A model generated the notes under the pieces. That model had not been told where the DNA came from and did no database searches. It worked only from the letters and a program-made list of their open reading frames with translations. A program made the position numbers and the translations under genes. A stretch of 64,000 nt of DNA from Mobula birostris (lineage: Eukaryota), in contig NC_092371.1 in assembly GCF_030028105.1 (NCBI RefSeq), forward strand, positions 132,004,766 through 132,068,765. The letters are read 5' to 3'. This document shows, piece after piece, positions 24,870-37,114 of this stretch. The stretch's first letter is position 1, and the number at the start of each line of letters is the position of its first letter.

Positions 24870-25370
24870 TAATGATTTGAGGAGATTTGTTATGTCACTT
24901 AAGACTCTTGCAAAGTTCTGTAGACGTACATTGGAGAGTATTCTGTCTGACCACATCGCCACCTGGTATGGAAACTCCATGCACAGGATCACAAGTTATA
25001 GATATAGCCATCTCCAGTACAAGCACCACCATCCCCACCATCGTGAGGTGATGCTTCAAAGTGACATCCACCTCCAAAGGACCTTCACTATCTAGAATAT
25101 GCCCTCTTCTCATTAATACGCGTTACTATCATTACGGAGGTGGTACAGGGACCTCAGATATATAGTCAACATTTTAGGAACAGTTTCTTCCCCTCTGTCA
25201 TCAGATTTTTGAGCAGGCTACGACCATGAATGCTACCTTGCTATTCCTTTTTATTTATACTATTTAGTTCCTAATTTATATTAATTTGATGTCTTTGCAC
25301 TGTACTACTGCTGCAAAACAACAAATTTCACAATATACAAGTCAGCAATAATAAACCTAATTCTAATTTG
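24870..25370 (+). mobile_element. Rex1/Babar LINE 3' fragment
   Basis: ESILS..IATWYGN motif and the same 3' tail as 18465-20085. Confidence 0.7.
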
Positions 25371-25384
25371 GTTGAGAATAGAGG

Positions 25385-26230
25385 TGTCATGATTAGCAAT
25401 CTTCTTGATGACACCAACATTGGTGGTACAGTGATCAGTGAAGAAGGCTGTCTTGATGTGTAACATTAATTAGGAAAATGGGGAAAGGAATGCAGATAAA
25501 ATTTAACCTAGATATGCAAGGTGATACTTTGGTAAGTACCAGGGCAAAAGTATAGACAGAGCTAGACAAGACCCTGAGGAGTAGAATTGATGGAGAAGAC
25601 TGGAGCTACAAGTACATAGTTCCCCAAGTGGCATCACGGGTAGACAAGGTGATCAAGAAGGCATATGGCATGCTCAGCTTCATCAACTGAGGCACTGAGT
25701 ACAAGAGTTGGGATTCATGTTCAAATTGCACAAGACACTGGTTAGACAGCACTTGAATGATGTGCAGTTCTGGCCTCCCTGTGTATAGGAAGGAAGTGAA
25801 TGAACAAGAGGATACAGGAAAGACAAGGATGTTGCCTGCACTGGAGGGCTTGAATTACAAGAGGAGGTTAGGTCTCTTTTCCCTGCAGTGCCTGATGTGG
25901 AGGGGTGAGCTTATGATTTAATAAACTTCTGAGGGGCATCAATAAGATGAACAGCCAAAGCCTTTTCCTCCAAGGGAGGGATGCCTAAAACCAAAGGGCA
26001 AAGGTTTAAAAAGGGACCTGAGAGACAATTAATAACCCCACCCCCCACCTAGACATAGAATGGTGAGAATATTGAATGAGCTAGCACAGGAAGTGGTAGA
26101 GGTGGGTACAAATACATTTCAAAGATATTTGGGCAGCTACATGGATAGCGAAGGTTTAGGAGAGTATTGGCAAGGGCTGGATGTCACTTGCAATGTCTTA
26201 CAGGGGCTTTTCCAATGCAGTCTAAAGTCT
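25385..26230 (+). mobile_element. CR1 LINE 3' fragment
   Basis: Degenerate ADDTKIGG region through the 3' UTR. Confidence 0.65.
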
Positions 26231-26286
26231 TCCAACTATAGCAATAACAAATGAGCAGCTTTTGAGGGTCGGTTAAGGTTTGTGTT

Positions 26287-26515
26287 GGGCACATGGCCAA
26301 GATATTAAGGTGTTTGTCTAATGATCTGAAGGTCGCTAGTTCGAGCCTCAGCTGTGGCAGCGTGTTTGTGTCCTTGAGCAAGGCACTTAAGCACACATTG
26401 CTCTAGTGTCTGTGCGAGGAGTGGTGCCCCACACAGACTTCCAATCTGCGCCTTGTAAGGCATGAAAATGCCCGATGCAGGCCTCTCATGGTCTGAGTTG
26501 ACGTTTCCCGCTCCC
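26287..26515 (+). mobile_element. tRNA-derived SINE (CORE-like)
   Basis: A-box-like tggccaag, B-box-like agttcgagcc, followed by 'gtgtccttgagcaaggcacttaa'. Confidence 0.55.
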
Positions 26516-27036
26516 CGCTAAAGTTATGAATTTTAAATGAGGGAAGGGGCATGGCCTTACAATTTGCACAACTTCACATAACAGAGCCACACTACTCATG
26601 AATCAAAGTGCTCATTTGTTTGTAGTTATTGTTCTGACGCGTCATCACTCCCATGGAATTTTATTATAACTATCCTCATTGTAAGAGGCTCAGACCATGA
26701 CAGTTACTATTACATCATCCAGTTTTTTTTTAAGACAAGACACATATCCCCATTGTTTATGCCAGTGCATACTTTCCAAGCCCTGCTTGGGTACTCAATA
26801 CAGTTTGTGTTGAAATAACTGCCCAGCTTTTAAGCTCTGGCTCCAATTGTTTTTGCAAACAGAAATACTGCACAACTATTTTGTGTGTGTGAGTGTGCAT
26901 GCTTTTTTTTTTAAAAAAAAGGACAGGGCTATGGGTAAAGAGAGTTGAGGATGGGTCATGCAAGATTTCTTCTGTGCCTCACATCAAAATTGCTGGTGAA
27001 CACAGCAGGCCAGGCAGCATCTCTAGGAAGAGGTAC

Positions 27037-27072
27037 AGTCGACGTTTCGGGCCAAGACCCTTCGTCAGGACT
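27037..27072 (-). ncRNA. Minimal type I hammerhead ribozyme motif (Penelope-associated)
   Basis: AGUC-CUGACGA-A-GGGUCUUGGCCC-GAAA-CG-UC-GACU: perfect stem I, 4-bp stem II, ACGU palindromic stem III, GUC cleavage triplet. Confidence 0.78.
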
Positions 27073-29330
27073 AACTGAAGGAAGAGCTAGTAAGAGATTT
27101 GAAAGTGGGAGGGGGAGGGGGAAGGGGGAGATCCAAAATGATAGGAGAAGGCAGGAGGGGGAGGGATGGAGCCAAGAGCTGGACAGGTGATTAGCAAAGG
27201 GGATATGAGAGGATCATGGGACAGGAGGCCCAGGGAGAAGGAAAAGGGGGAGGGGGGGAAACCCAGAGGATGGGCAAGGGGTATAGTCAGAGGGACAGAG
27301 GGAGAAAAAGGAGAGAGAGAAACAAAGAAAGAATGTGTGTATATAAATAAATAATGGATGGGGTACAAGGGGGAAATGAGGCATCAGCAGAAGTTAGAGA
27401 AGTCAATGTTCATGCCATCAGGTTGGAGGTTACCCAGACGGAATATAAGGTGTTCTTCCTCCAACCTGAGTGTGGCTTCATCTTTACAGTAGAGGAGGCC
27501 GTGGATAGACATGTCAGAATGGGAATGGGATGTGGAATTAAAATGTGTGGCCACTGGGAGATCCTGCTTTCTCTGGCGGACAGAGCGTAGGTGTTCAGCA
27601 AAACGATCTCCCAGTCTGCGTCGGGTCTCGCCAATATATAGAAGGCCACATCGGGAGCACCAGACGCAGTATATAACCCCAGCCGACTCACAGGTGAAGT
27701 GTTGCCTCACCTGGAAGGACTGTCTGGGGCCCTGAATGGTGGTAAGGGAGGAAGTGTAAGGGCATGTGTAGCACTTGTTCTGCTTACAAGGATAAGTGCC
27801 AGAAGGAATATCAGTGGGGAGGGATGGGAGGGGGACGAATGGACAAGGGAGTCACGTAGGGAGCGATCCCTGCGGAAAGCAGAGAGAGGCGGGGAGGGAA
27901 AGATGTGCTTAGTGGTGGGATCCCGTTGGAGGTGGCAGAAGTTACGGAGAATAATATGTTGGATCCAGAGGCTGGTGAGGTAGGTGAGGACCAGAGGAAC
28001 CCTATTCCTAGTGGGGTGACGGGAGGATGGAGTGACAGCAGATGTGCGTGAAATGGGGGAGATGCGTTTGAGAGCAGAGTTGATGGTGGAGGAAGGGAAG
28101 TCCCTTTCTTTAAAAAAGGAGGACATCTCCCTCATCCTGGAATGAAAAGCCTCATCCTGAGAGCAGATGTGACAGAGACGGAGGAATTGCGAGAAGGGGA
28201 TGGCATTTTTGCAAGAGACAGGGTGAGAAGAGGAATAGTCCAGATAGCTGTGAGAGTCAGTAGGCTTATAGTAGACATCAGTAGATAAGCTGTCTCCAGA
28301 GATAGAGACAGAAAGATCTAGAAAGGGGAGGGAGGTGTCGGAAATGGACCAGGTAAACTTGAGGGCAGAGTGAAAGTTGGAAGCAAAGTTAATGAAGTCA
28401 GCGAGCTCAGCATGCGTGCAGGAAGCAGCGCCAACGCAGTCGATGTAGCAAAGGAAAAGTTGGGGAAAACTCCAGAATAGGTTTGGAACATAGATTGTTC
28501 CATAAAGCCAACAAAAAGACAGGCACAGCTAGGACCCATACGGGTGCCCATAGCTACACCTTTAGTTTGGAGGAAGTGGGAGGAGCAAAAGGAGAAATTA
28601 TTAAGAGTAAGGACTAATTCCGCTAGACGGAGCAGAGTGGTGGTAGAGGGGAAATGATTAGGTCTGGAATCCAAAAAGTAGCAGAGAGCTTTGAGACCTT
28701 CCTGATGGGGGATGGAAGTAATAGGAACTGGACATCCATGGTGAAAATAAAGGTGGGGGCCAGGGAACTTAAAATCATCGAAAAGTTTAAGAGCGTGAGA
28801 AGTGTCACGAACATAGGTAGGAAGGGATTGAACAAGGGGGGAGAAAACCGTGTCAAGTAGGCCAGAGAAAGCAGAATCTCCCAGTGGCCACACATTTTAA
28901 TTCCACATCCCATTCTGATATGTCTATCCATGGCCTCCTCTACTGTAAAGATGAAGCCACACTCAGGTTGGAGGAACAACACCTTATATTCCATCTGGGT
29001 AGCCTCCAATCTGATGGCATGAACATTGACTTCTCTAACTTCCACTAATGCCCCACCTTCCCCTTGTACCCCATCCGTCATTTATTTATATACACACATT
29101 CTTTCTCTCTCTCCTTTTTGTCCCTCTGACTATACCCCTTGCCCATCCTGTGGGTTTCCCCCCCTCCCCCCTTTCCTTTTCCCTGGGCCTCCTGTCCCAT
29201 GATTCTCTCATATCCCTTTTGCCAATCACCTGTCCAGCTCTTGGCTCCATCCCTCCCCCTCCTGTCTTCTCCTATCATTTCGGATCTCCCCCTCCCACTT
29301 TCAAATCTCTTACTAGCTCTTCCTTCAGTT

Positions 29331-29366
29331 ACTCCTGACGAAGGGTCTCAGCCTGAAACGTCGACT
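29331..29366 (+). ncRNA. Minimal type I hammerhead ribozyme motif (second copy)
   Basis: ACUC-CUGACGA-AGGGUCUCAGCCU-GAAA-CG-UC-GACU; core intact, one stem I mismatch. Confidence 0.65.
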
Positions 29367-30189
29367 GTACCTCTTCCTAGCGATGCTGCCTGGTCTGCTG
29401 CGTTCACCAGCAACTTTGATGTGTGTTGCTTGAGTTTCCAGCATCTGCAGAATTCCTCATGTTTATGTTCTTCTGTGCCTTATGGAATAGAATTCTATTT
29501 CCTGCACCTCCACCTGGTCTTTCTTTTCCCACTTCTGACAATTTCCTTTTCTGCACAAGTTACATAAATAGCAAATAAAAACCTACTTAAATAATATGAA
29601 GCTCAGAAATTGCATAGAGAATTCTAAAAAAGGGGTTACATCTCTGGATAGTCATCACGGAGTATAAAAGATAACTGGAACTTTGGATGGCTTGCTTAAA
29701 ACATTAATTCTTTCTAGAGCAATTTCCTAAAATGATCTAGGAGTTTAAGTAGACTCTTCCAGGGAATGAAATAGCTGATAGTGAAGATAGTGTCCTTTGG
29801 GAAGGATCAGTGGGAAGAATCAAAATGCTTAGCATGGCTTAGTCTCTATCCCTTAAGAGATGTGAGTGGCAAATTTTTCACTCAGTAGTATCTGGAATGG
29901 GCTGCCAGAGGAGGTCAGTATGGAAGCAGGAGCAGTAATATTTAAGACACCTGGCCAGATATCTGAATGTGCAGGACACGGAGGAAAATGGAATTAGGCA
30001 TGATAGTTAACATAGATGCAGAGGGCCAAAGGGCCTGTTTCAGTGCTATGCAAGTTCAAGATATGGTCTGTTTTCATTCTGGTTGATAGCATTTTACTGA
30101 AAAACAGATAACCTGGCAGCCTTGGGTCTGCGGTAGTGCCAGATCAGCATGTTTTCTGGACCATTTACCTAGACACACTTATCTCACTT

Positions 30190-31812
30190 TTAAAAAGGTA
30201 GAGTGTTCCTATGAAATGGTTCATAAGCTGAAATATCCTAAAGCGAAGAAGCAATTACCATTTATTTATGGGAAAATTTTGTGAGCGTTCGCAGACCAAA
30301 AAATAACCTACCAAATCATGCCAAATAACACATAAAACCTAAAATAACAGTAACATATAGTAAAAGCAGGAATGATATAATAAATACACAGCCTATATAA
30401 AGTAGAAATACTTTTCCACAACCATTGCCTGCACTGTTCTCCATAGTGAAAATCTCACGCAAGCGCCGTTGGCAGAAAATCTCACGCAAGCGCTGTTGGC
30501 AAAAAAACGGCGCAAGCTCTCTCCAGTAACCTTTAAGCTATGAAGCTGCCAAATCATACCAAATAACACGTAAAAATACACAGCCTATATAAAGTAGAAA
30601 TAATGTATATACAGTGTAGTATCACTTACCGGAATTGGTTCAGCGCCGAGCACACTGATGGTGGTGTGTTAGACTAAGTCGTTGGAGGTTGGGGTGGTGC
30701 AGTGGCCCCCACCTTCCGGGCCACCAACCGATACCGATCCACGAAGCATGCAGGGGTGCAGTGGTAGCCAGGAGGCACACAGCACATCTTTAAGAAAAAA
30801 GCCCAAACAAACATGTTAATTAATTAGGTGCCGCCCAGCACATAAATGTCAGCCCAGATAAGTGCCGATTTCTGATTGCGTCGTCTCTGATCTGGGCCGA
30901 CAATTACGTGTCAGGCGGCACCTAATTAATTAGCATGTTTATTTTGGATTTTTTCTTAAAGATGTGCAGTGTGCCTCCCGGCTACCGCTGCATTCTCCGT
31001 GAATCGGTATCTGTCCGTGGCCTGGGGGTTGGGGTGGTGGGACACTGGGGTGTCGCCTGTTTCCATTAGAGCAGGTGGCTCATCTTCTCTTATGGCTGCC
31101 CGCCTCGATGTCGAAGGTCGAGGTTCGTCGTCTGCTGTGGCTGATGTGGAAGGCTTGCTTGACTGCTCAGCCTCGCGCATTTTTCTATCACACAGTTCTT
31201 TGTAAGGACTCAAACCATCTTGCAAATATCCCCTAAACCTATGTACTCTTTCAAAATTAAAGTCGTACTTTATCATTGCAGCGAAAATCTCACGCAGTTG
31301 CTTCACATTCAGTTCCTGGACGACTTCACTTTCGGTCCGTTCGCTACTGCATTTGGTTTTGATTGTTATCCTTTCCTTCCAATTGCATCAGCTCTTCATC
31401 TATCAGATCTTGGTCATGGGATGCCAAAACCTCTTCAACATCATCTTCATCAGCTTCCACAAGTCAAACTCACTTTGTCCTTGCTTCGTTCACCACGATC
31501 AAAACGCTTAATTATTTCTAGTTTTACGCTAAGCGTAACACCCTTACGAGTTCTTTTAGGCTTTTCCGATGCCATAGATCTCATCTTGCAAACTACTGGT
31601 CACAGGCACGTGTTTAAGCAATGCCGACAAGAATGCCGTTGCGAATCCGGGGGAGAGCCGCTGCTTGGGTCGCATGCTGCCTTTTATCGCGCGCTGATTT
31701 TTTTTCGTAAACAGTGAAAACACCTTCTGAAAGCGAAAACAGGGTACTAATGTAGGTCTTTCATAACAGTGAGGTTTTGTAAAGCGAACGTTCGAAAAGC
31801 GGGGGACACCTG
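30190..31812 (-). mobile_element. Internally deleted Tigger/pogo DNA transposon
   Basis: Right end ...gggggacacctg|TA. Minus-strand N-terminus MASEKPKRTRKGVTLSVKLEIIKRFDRGE (CENP-B/psq HTH-like) fused to a Tigger-like C-terminus (DFNFER...LSPYKEL). Left boundary degenerate and approximate. Confidence 0.72.
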
Positions 31813-33374
31813 TATACAGATACTACTTGAGCGGGTCGAGGGCAAGCAATGTGACCCTCAGTGCTGAGATATGGGGCTCAGGGCTAGTCTTTAGTCAGCA
31901 CCACAAAACGCAGCCCATTGCCAAGCCTTACAATGCCAGATCACCTGGGATCCTACAACTCTCTCTGTCTCAGCACCATGTCTTAGATAGAATAGAAGCA
32001 GCTACCTCCCTTTGTTTACTACACATCTCCCTCCAGCCAGAGAGTCTCTGTAAAAACAAGTTCACTGAGCTGGGGAAAGCTAAGCAGCCAAACAACCGGG
32101 GGAGACAGCAGCTTCCATCACATCCAAGTGATGGCAACACGGGAGACCACAGGATCTGGGCAATCTGGTCAGTTCCAAGTAGCAGCTCAGACTCAGTGTG
32201 CTGGCCAGGGTGCAACCTCAAGCCCTCCATCTTCACTGAGCTGCTACACTACTGGCCCTTGCCTGCTTAATACCAGCTCTTACAGAAAGCACCTTTGCAC
32301 TGTGCCCAGGGCAATTCATTGCTGATTCACACCAAGTTCCTGGCACAGCAACGTTATATAATATAACCCTATTTTAGCTTCATGAGTGCACTTGTTCATT
32401 AGCTGTGCCTTGAAAAGTAGGCCAAAAGCCAATGTATAAATAAAATGGCTTGGCAAGTCAGAGGGGAAAGGACAGATTTGTGGCTCTCTTCATCAACGAC
32501 ACTTTGGCTTAGGCTATTGGACACTGGTCTGTGCCACATTAACTCAACACTTCAACTGGAACAAGTTCATGGGCTAGATAGCCAAATCCTGTCACTATTT
32601 CTTAGATTATATATTCCAGATATGTTTCTTTCTGATGCCTTGTGGAGCTTAAAGTAGTTGCCATAGTCACCTGCCAGACTTTCAAAGCTATTCACTGAGT
32701 CAACTTTTTAACAGGGCGCTTCAAAGTCAAACAACTTAGAGTTAATAACCATAGAATATTTCCTTAGCAGTTTGGTGAGGCCACACCTGTACTACAACAT
32801 ACCGTTTTGGTTTGCACAGGAATATACTGCATGTGCTTTAGATAAAGCGAAGCAAAGGCAAACTGCTCTGAGATTTATAAATGAGAGGCCCTCTAGAAGG
32901 AAGACTGAGTAAAAAGGAGCATGTTCTACCAAATTACTGAGTTCTCAAATATAAAAATTCTTGATGCCTGAAACTTGCAGTCAAACTCAGGATAAGGGTT
33001 TAGCCATTCAGAATTGTATCAGGAAGAACTACCTCCCTCAGGGTTACTGAACCTTTGGAGTTACCACCTAAAGTGCTGTGGCATTCAGTTCCCCTTGGCA
33101 TCAGGTGTGGTAATCTGCTCACATGCACTCCAGTAAACAAGTCTTTAAATGTGCACATTAATTACAGTGTACGTAATTCAGGGCTTTCAACTCCAACAAT
33201 TCTCAGCAGTAACACAGGTAGAAGAATAAAGAGTCCCAGGTATGGTCTCAGTCATCTGAGGCCTCATGTTACTTAGACGCTCTTCTTCATGTTTGGTGAG
33301 CACAAGAGAAGGTTGATGCATAGAATCAGCTACTATTCAGTATTAGGTAATTTACTTACCTGAAACAACATGGG

Positions 33375-33570
33375 TCACAAGAGACTACAGATGCTGCAAT
33401 CTGGAGCAACAAATGATCTGCTGGAAGAATTCAGTGGGTTGAACAGCACCTGTTGTGGGAGGTAGGGTGGAACTGTCGACATTTCGGGTTGAAATCCTAC
33501 ATTACCTCCCAACTCACCTCATGAACGCCACTTGACCCACCAAGTTCCTCCAGCAGACTATTTCTTGCTT
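33375..33570. mobile_element. Degenerate palindromic Penelope-terminus mini-element
   Basis: gatctgctggaagaattcagtgggttgaa ... ttgacccaccaagttcctccagcagact inverted arms; hammerhead core decayed. Confidence 0.55.
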
Positions 33571-34070
33571 GAAGACTTGGGGACTTACCTCCTGGTGGAG
33601 GTACAGTACCCTTTCTCTAAGGCCTTAAACAAAAGGCCAGGCAAATGCACATGATTCGCAGCATCACTCACTTGTGCTTTCTGTTTCATCCTGACCAATT
33701 GCAAAGTAAATTATCTGGGGCAAGAGCAAAAATCTTTAATTTCTGTGGGGAACGAATCAGGTTTACCTTGTTGGAACAATATCCTCTCATAGACCTGAAA
33801 TGTTAACTTTCTTTCCCCTCTGATGTTACCTGGCCTACACAGTATTTCAGGCAAAATTTTTATTTCAGATTATCAGTTTATTACCTCACTAGTTGTGGGA
33901 TATTTTTGGATGAAAATAGATTGCTACATCTTCTACTCTACACTTAATGTAATTAGTTATAAAATCCTTTGTTATGCACTCTTGTGATGTGCTCGCTTTT
34001 ATGCATCATGAACGCCTGATCATTGAACAGCATGTGGCACCAGGGTCAAGGTTTAGTTATCAATAATAGA

Positions 34071-34127
34071 TTAAATTAGATTAGATTATGAGGACACTCA
34101 GTCCTCGTTTATTGTCATTTAGAAATG
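34071..34127 (-). mobile_element. 5'-truncated tail copy of the 8889-9570 element
   Basis: Reverse complement matches 9521-9570; 10-bp TSD caataataga at 34061-34070 and 34128-34137. Confidence 0.75.
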
Positions 34128-34308
34128 CAATAATAGACACAAATGACTGGCAGTTAAATACTACCCACCTGCAGCAGTGACACTACAAGGAATCAACACC
34201 ATTGGTTAAGGCAAAGAGGTACCAAATGCTGTGGGATGGCCACGTAAACACCAAGTCAACACATTTCAGTCACAATGTAAACACGTTAAACAATTATTTG
34301 AGACCCAC

Positions 34309-34405
34309 CTTGCTACGTTTCCCTGCAAGGTATCAGTCCATTTAAAGTTCTGAATAAAACGCAGTTTATTTTCTTGTGTGGTGCCATCTAGCGATGTTAT
34401 GAAAC
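34309..34405 (-). CDS. BROX: BROX coding exon 3 (97 nt): [32 protein letters not shown]
   Basis: AG/GT boundaries, phase-compatible; FKWTDTLQG motif of BROX. Confidence 0.95.
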
Positions 34406-35404
34406 CTTGGACAGTACAAGGTAAAAGAAATGTGAGTAAGTCATGATTATCTATATCACTTTTTTCCAAATTCAATGTTCAAAGTTCAAAGTACATGTAT
34501 TATCGAAGTATGTACACTATACACAACCTTAAGATTTATCTTACAGGCAGCCACAAAACAAACAGAACCCATTAAAAAAGACCATCATACACATACATCC
34601 AATATTAAAAAAAAGTAAACCCTCATGCAAACAAATAAATAAGTAAATAACATTGAGAATTGAAGTTCACGAAAGCCACAAAGCCAGTCACAGCCAATCC
34701 GCAAGCTGTAGTTGCAGGCCACAGCCTCAGTTCAGCGCAGAGGCAAATCAACCTCACAAAGAAGCGAGCTGAGCACCGGCTTGTTGGTTGCCTCCAGCCC
34801 TGACACCCTGACCTTTTCGATCTAGCCCGGCATTTAAATTGACCAAACCTTGGGCCCCGGCATCTCAATACGCTCTCAGGCCCAACCTTTCAAATATTAC
34901 CGGGCCCTGAAATCGGTCAAACCTTGGGTTATTCCTCGCTCCTGGAAGCTGTACAAGTTGCATCAGGATTAGTGACACACAATGATTCAAAACAGACCAT
35001 TTTAACTCTGAGGGTCTACTATGGCTTCCTTATGCAGCCTAACCAAAGTTTTATGTAGCTGCAACCGGACTTCCTTACTTTTATACTCAGTGGTCCTACT
35101 GATGAAGGCACGTTTGCCCTGTGCCTTCATTACCACACTATCTACTCGGATAGCCACTTTCAAGGAGCTCTAGACTTGCACCCCAAGATCCCCAATGGTC
35201 CTATCATTTATTTCACAAACCTGTAGGTTCAACACATCATTCTTAGTGTCATCTGCCACTTCAATAAGAGTCCCCCAGATACATTCTCCTCTTTCCACTT
35301 GCAGCATTCCTTCTGTCATTTGCTAGTCTACTCTTCAGTCTCCGCCAACCACTCCCTTTCTCCCGATACTTTTCTGTGCATCTATAAGATGCAACTGCTC
35401 TCTT

Positions 35405-36075
35405 AGAACAAAGCAGTAGAGCACAGAACAGGCCCTTCAGCCCCACTATATTGTGCCAACCTGTACAGTTACTCCATGATCAATCTAACCCTCCCTTCCT
35501 TGATAGCCCACAACCCTCCATTTTTATTTCATTCATGTGCCTGTCTCTTAAACGCCTCTGATGTATCAGCCTCAACCACATCTCATATACACCTCTATCA
35601 AGTCACATCTCATTCTCCTTCACTCCCAAGAGCAAATCACTAGCTTACTCAACCTTTTCTCACAAGACACGTTCTCTAATCCAGGCAGCATTCTAGTAAA
35701 TCTCCTTTACACCCTTGCTAAATCTTCCATATTCTTCCTGCAATAAGGCAATCAGAACTGAACACAATATTCCAAGATTGGTCTAACCACAGTTGTATAG
35801 TGCTGCAACATTAACTTGTGGTTCTTGAACCCAAACCCCCACCCCACCCCCACCCCCACTAATGAAGGCCAACACACCATATACCTTTTTAGTCATCCTA
35901 TCAACTTGCGTGGAAACTTTGAGGGATCTATGGACTTGGACCCCAAGATACCTCTGTTCCTCCACACTGTTAAGAATCCTGCCATAAACCTTGTACTCTG
36001 TCTTTAAGTTCGATCTTCCAAATGAATTACTTCACACTTCTTCTGACTGAACTCTATCTGCCACATCTCTGTCCA
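35405..36075 (-). mobile_element. CR1 LINE 3' fragment
   Basis: ORF 35783-35965 (LGVQVHRSLKV..QVDR..KK.YG.LAFI) is a CR1 RT C-terminus. Confidence 0.75.
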
Positions 36076-36109
36076 GTGGTGAATATGAGCTTGGTTTCAC
36101 CATTTCAAA

Positions 36110-37108
36110 GAAGTTTGGATGGGTGGGGTACCGCAAGGTTCGGTGCTGGGACCACAGCTATTTACAATATACATTAATGATTTAGATGAAAGGATTAAAA
36201 GTAACATTAGCAAATTTGCAGATGACACAAAACTGGGCGACAGTGTGAAACGTGAGGAGGATGTTATGAGAATACAGGGTGACTTGGACAGGTTGGGTGA
36301 GTGGGTAGATGCATGGCAGATGCAGTTTAATGTGGATAAATGGGAGGTTATCCACTTTGGTGGCAAGAACAGGAAGGCAGATTACTATCTGAATGGTGTC
36401 AAGTTAGGAAAAGGGGAAGTACAACGAGATCTGGGTGTCCTTGTCCATCAGTCACTGAAAGTAATGACATGTTGGTCTTCATAACAAGGGGAGTTGAGTA
36501 TAGGAACAAAAAGGTCCTTCTGCAGTTGTACAAGGCCCTGGTGAGACCCCACCTGGAGTATTGTGTGTACTTTTGGTCTCCAAATTTGAGGAAAGACATT
36601 CTTGCTATGGAGGGAGTGCAGCGTAGGTTCACTGGGTTAATTCCAGGGATGGCAGGAATGTCATATGTTGAAAGATTGGAGCCACTGGGCTTGTATACAC
36701 TGGAATTTAGAAGGATGAGAAGGGATCTGATTGAAACATATAACATTATGAAAGGATTGGACATGCTAGAGGCAGGAAGCATGTTCCTGATGTTGGGGGA
36801 GTCCAGAACCGGAGGCCACAGTTTAAGAATAAGGGGTAGACCATTTAGAATGGAGTTGAGGAAAAACTTTTTCCACACAGAGGGTTGTGGATCTGTGGAA
36901 TGCTCTGCCTCAGAAGGCAGTGGAAGCTAATTCTCCGGATTCTTTCAAGAAAGAGTTAGATAGAGCTCTTAAAGATAGCGGAATCAAGGGACTTGGGGAG
37001 AAGGCAGGAACAGGGCACTGATTGTCGATGATCAGCCATGATCACAGTGAATGGCGGTGCTGGCTCGAAGGGCTGAATGGCCTACTCCTGCACCTATTGT
37101 CTATTGTT
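36110..37108 (+). mobile_element. Well-preserved CR1 LINE 3' part (RT C-half plus 3' UTR)
   Basis: GVPQGSVLGP, KFADDTKLG, LVRPHLEYC motifs; ctattgt tandem tail. Confidence 0.9.
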
Positions 37109-37114
37109 AGACCT

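Larger units (their letters stand above)
26980..29467 (-). mobile_element. Penelope-like retroelement (partial RT + GIY-YIG endonuclease) with an inverted duplicate of its 3' end
   Basis: RT motif GVAMGTRMGP (28318-28893). GIY-YIG 'GVIYCVWCSRCGLLYIGET..R..EH' (27384-27710). Arms 26980-27577 and 28861-29423 are inverted copies. 13-bp TSD ttcttctgtgcct at 26967-26979 and 29468-29480. Confidence 0.92.

Noticed and set aside
35405-37108. Divergently oriented CR1 pieces suggesting a single twin-primed insertion
   Set aside because: The two pieces overlap in the CR1 region they cover and differ strongly in sequence and decay, with no shared TSD; more likely independent insertions.
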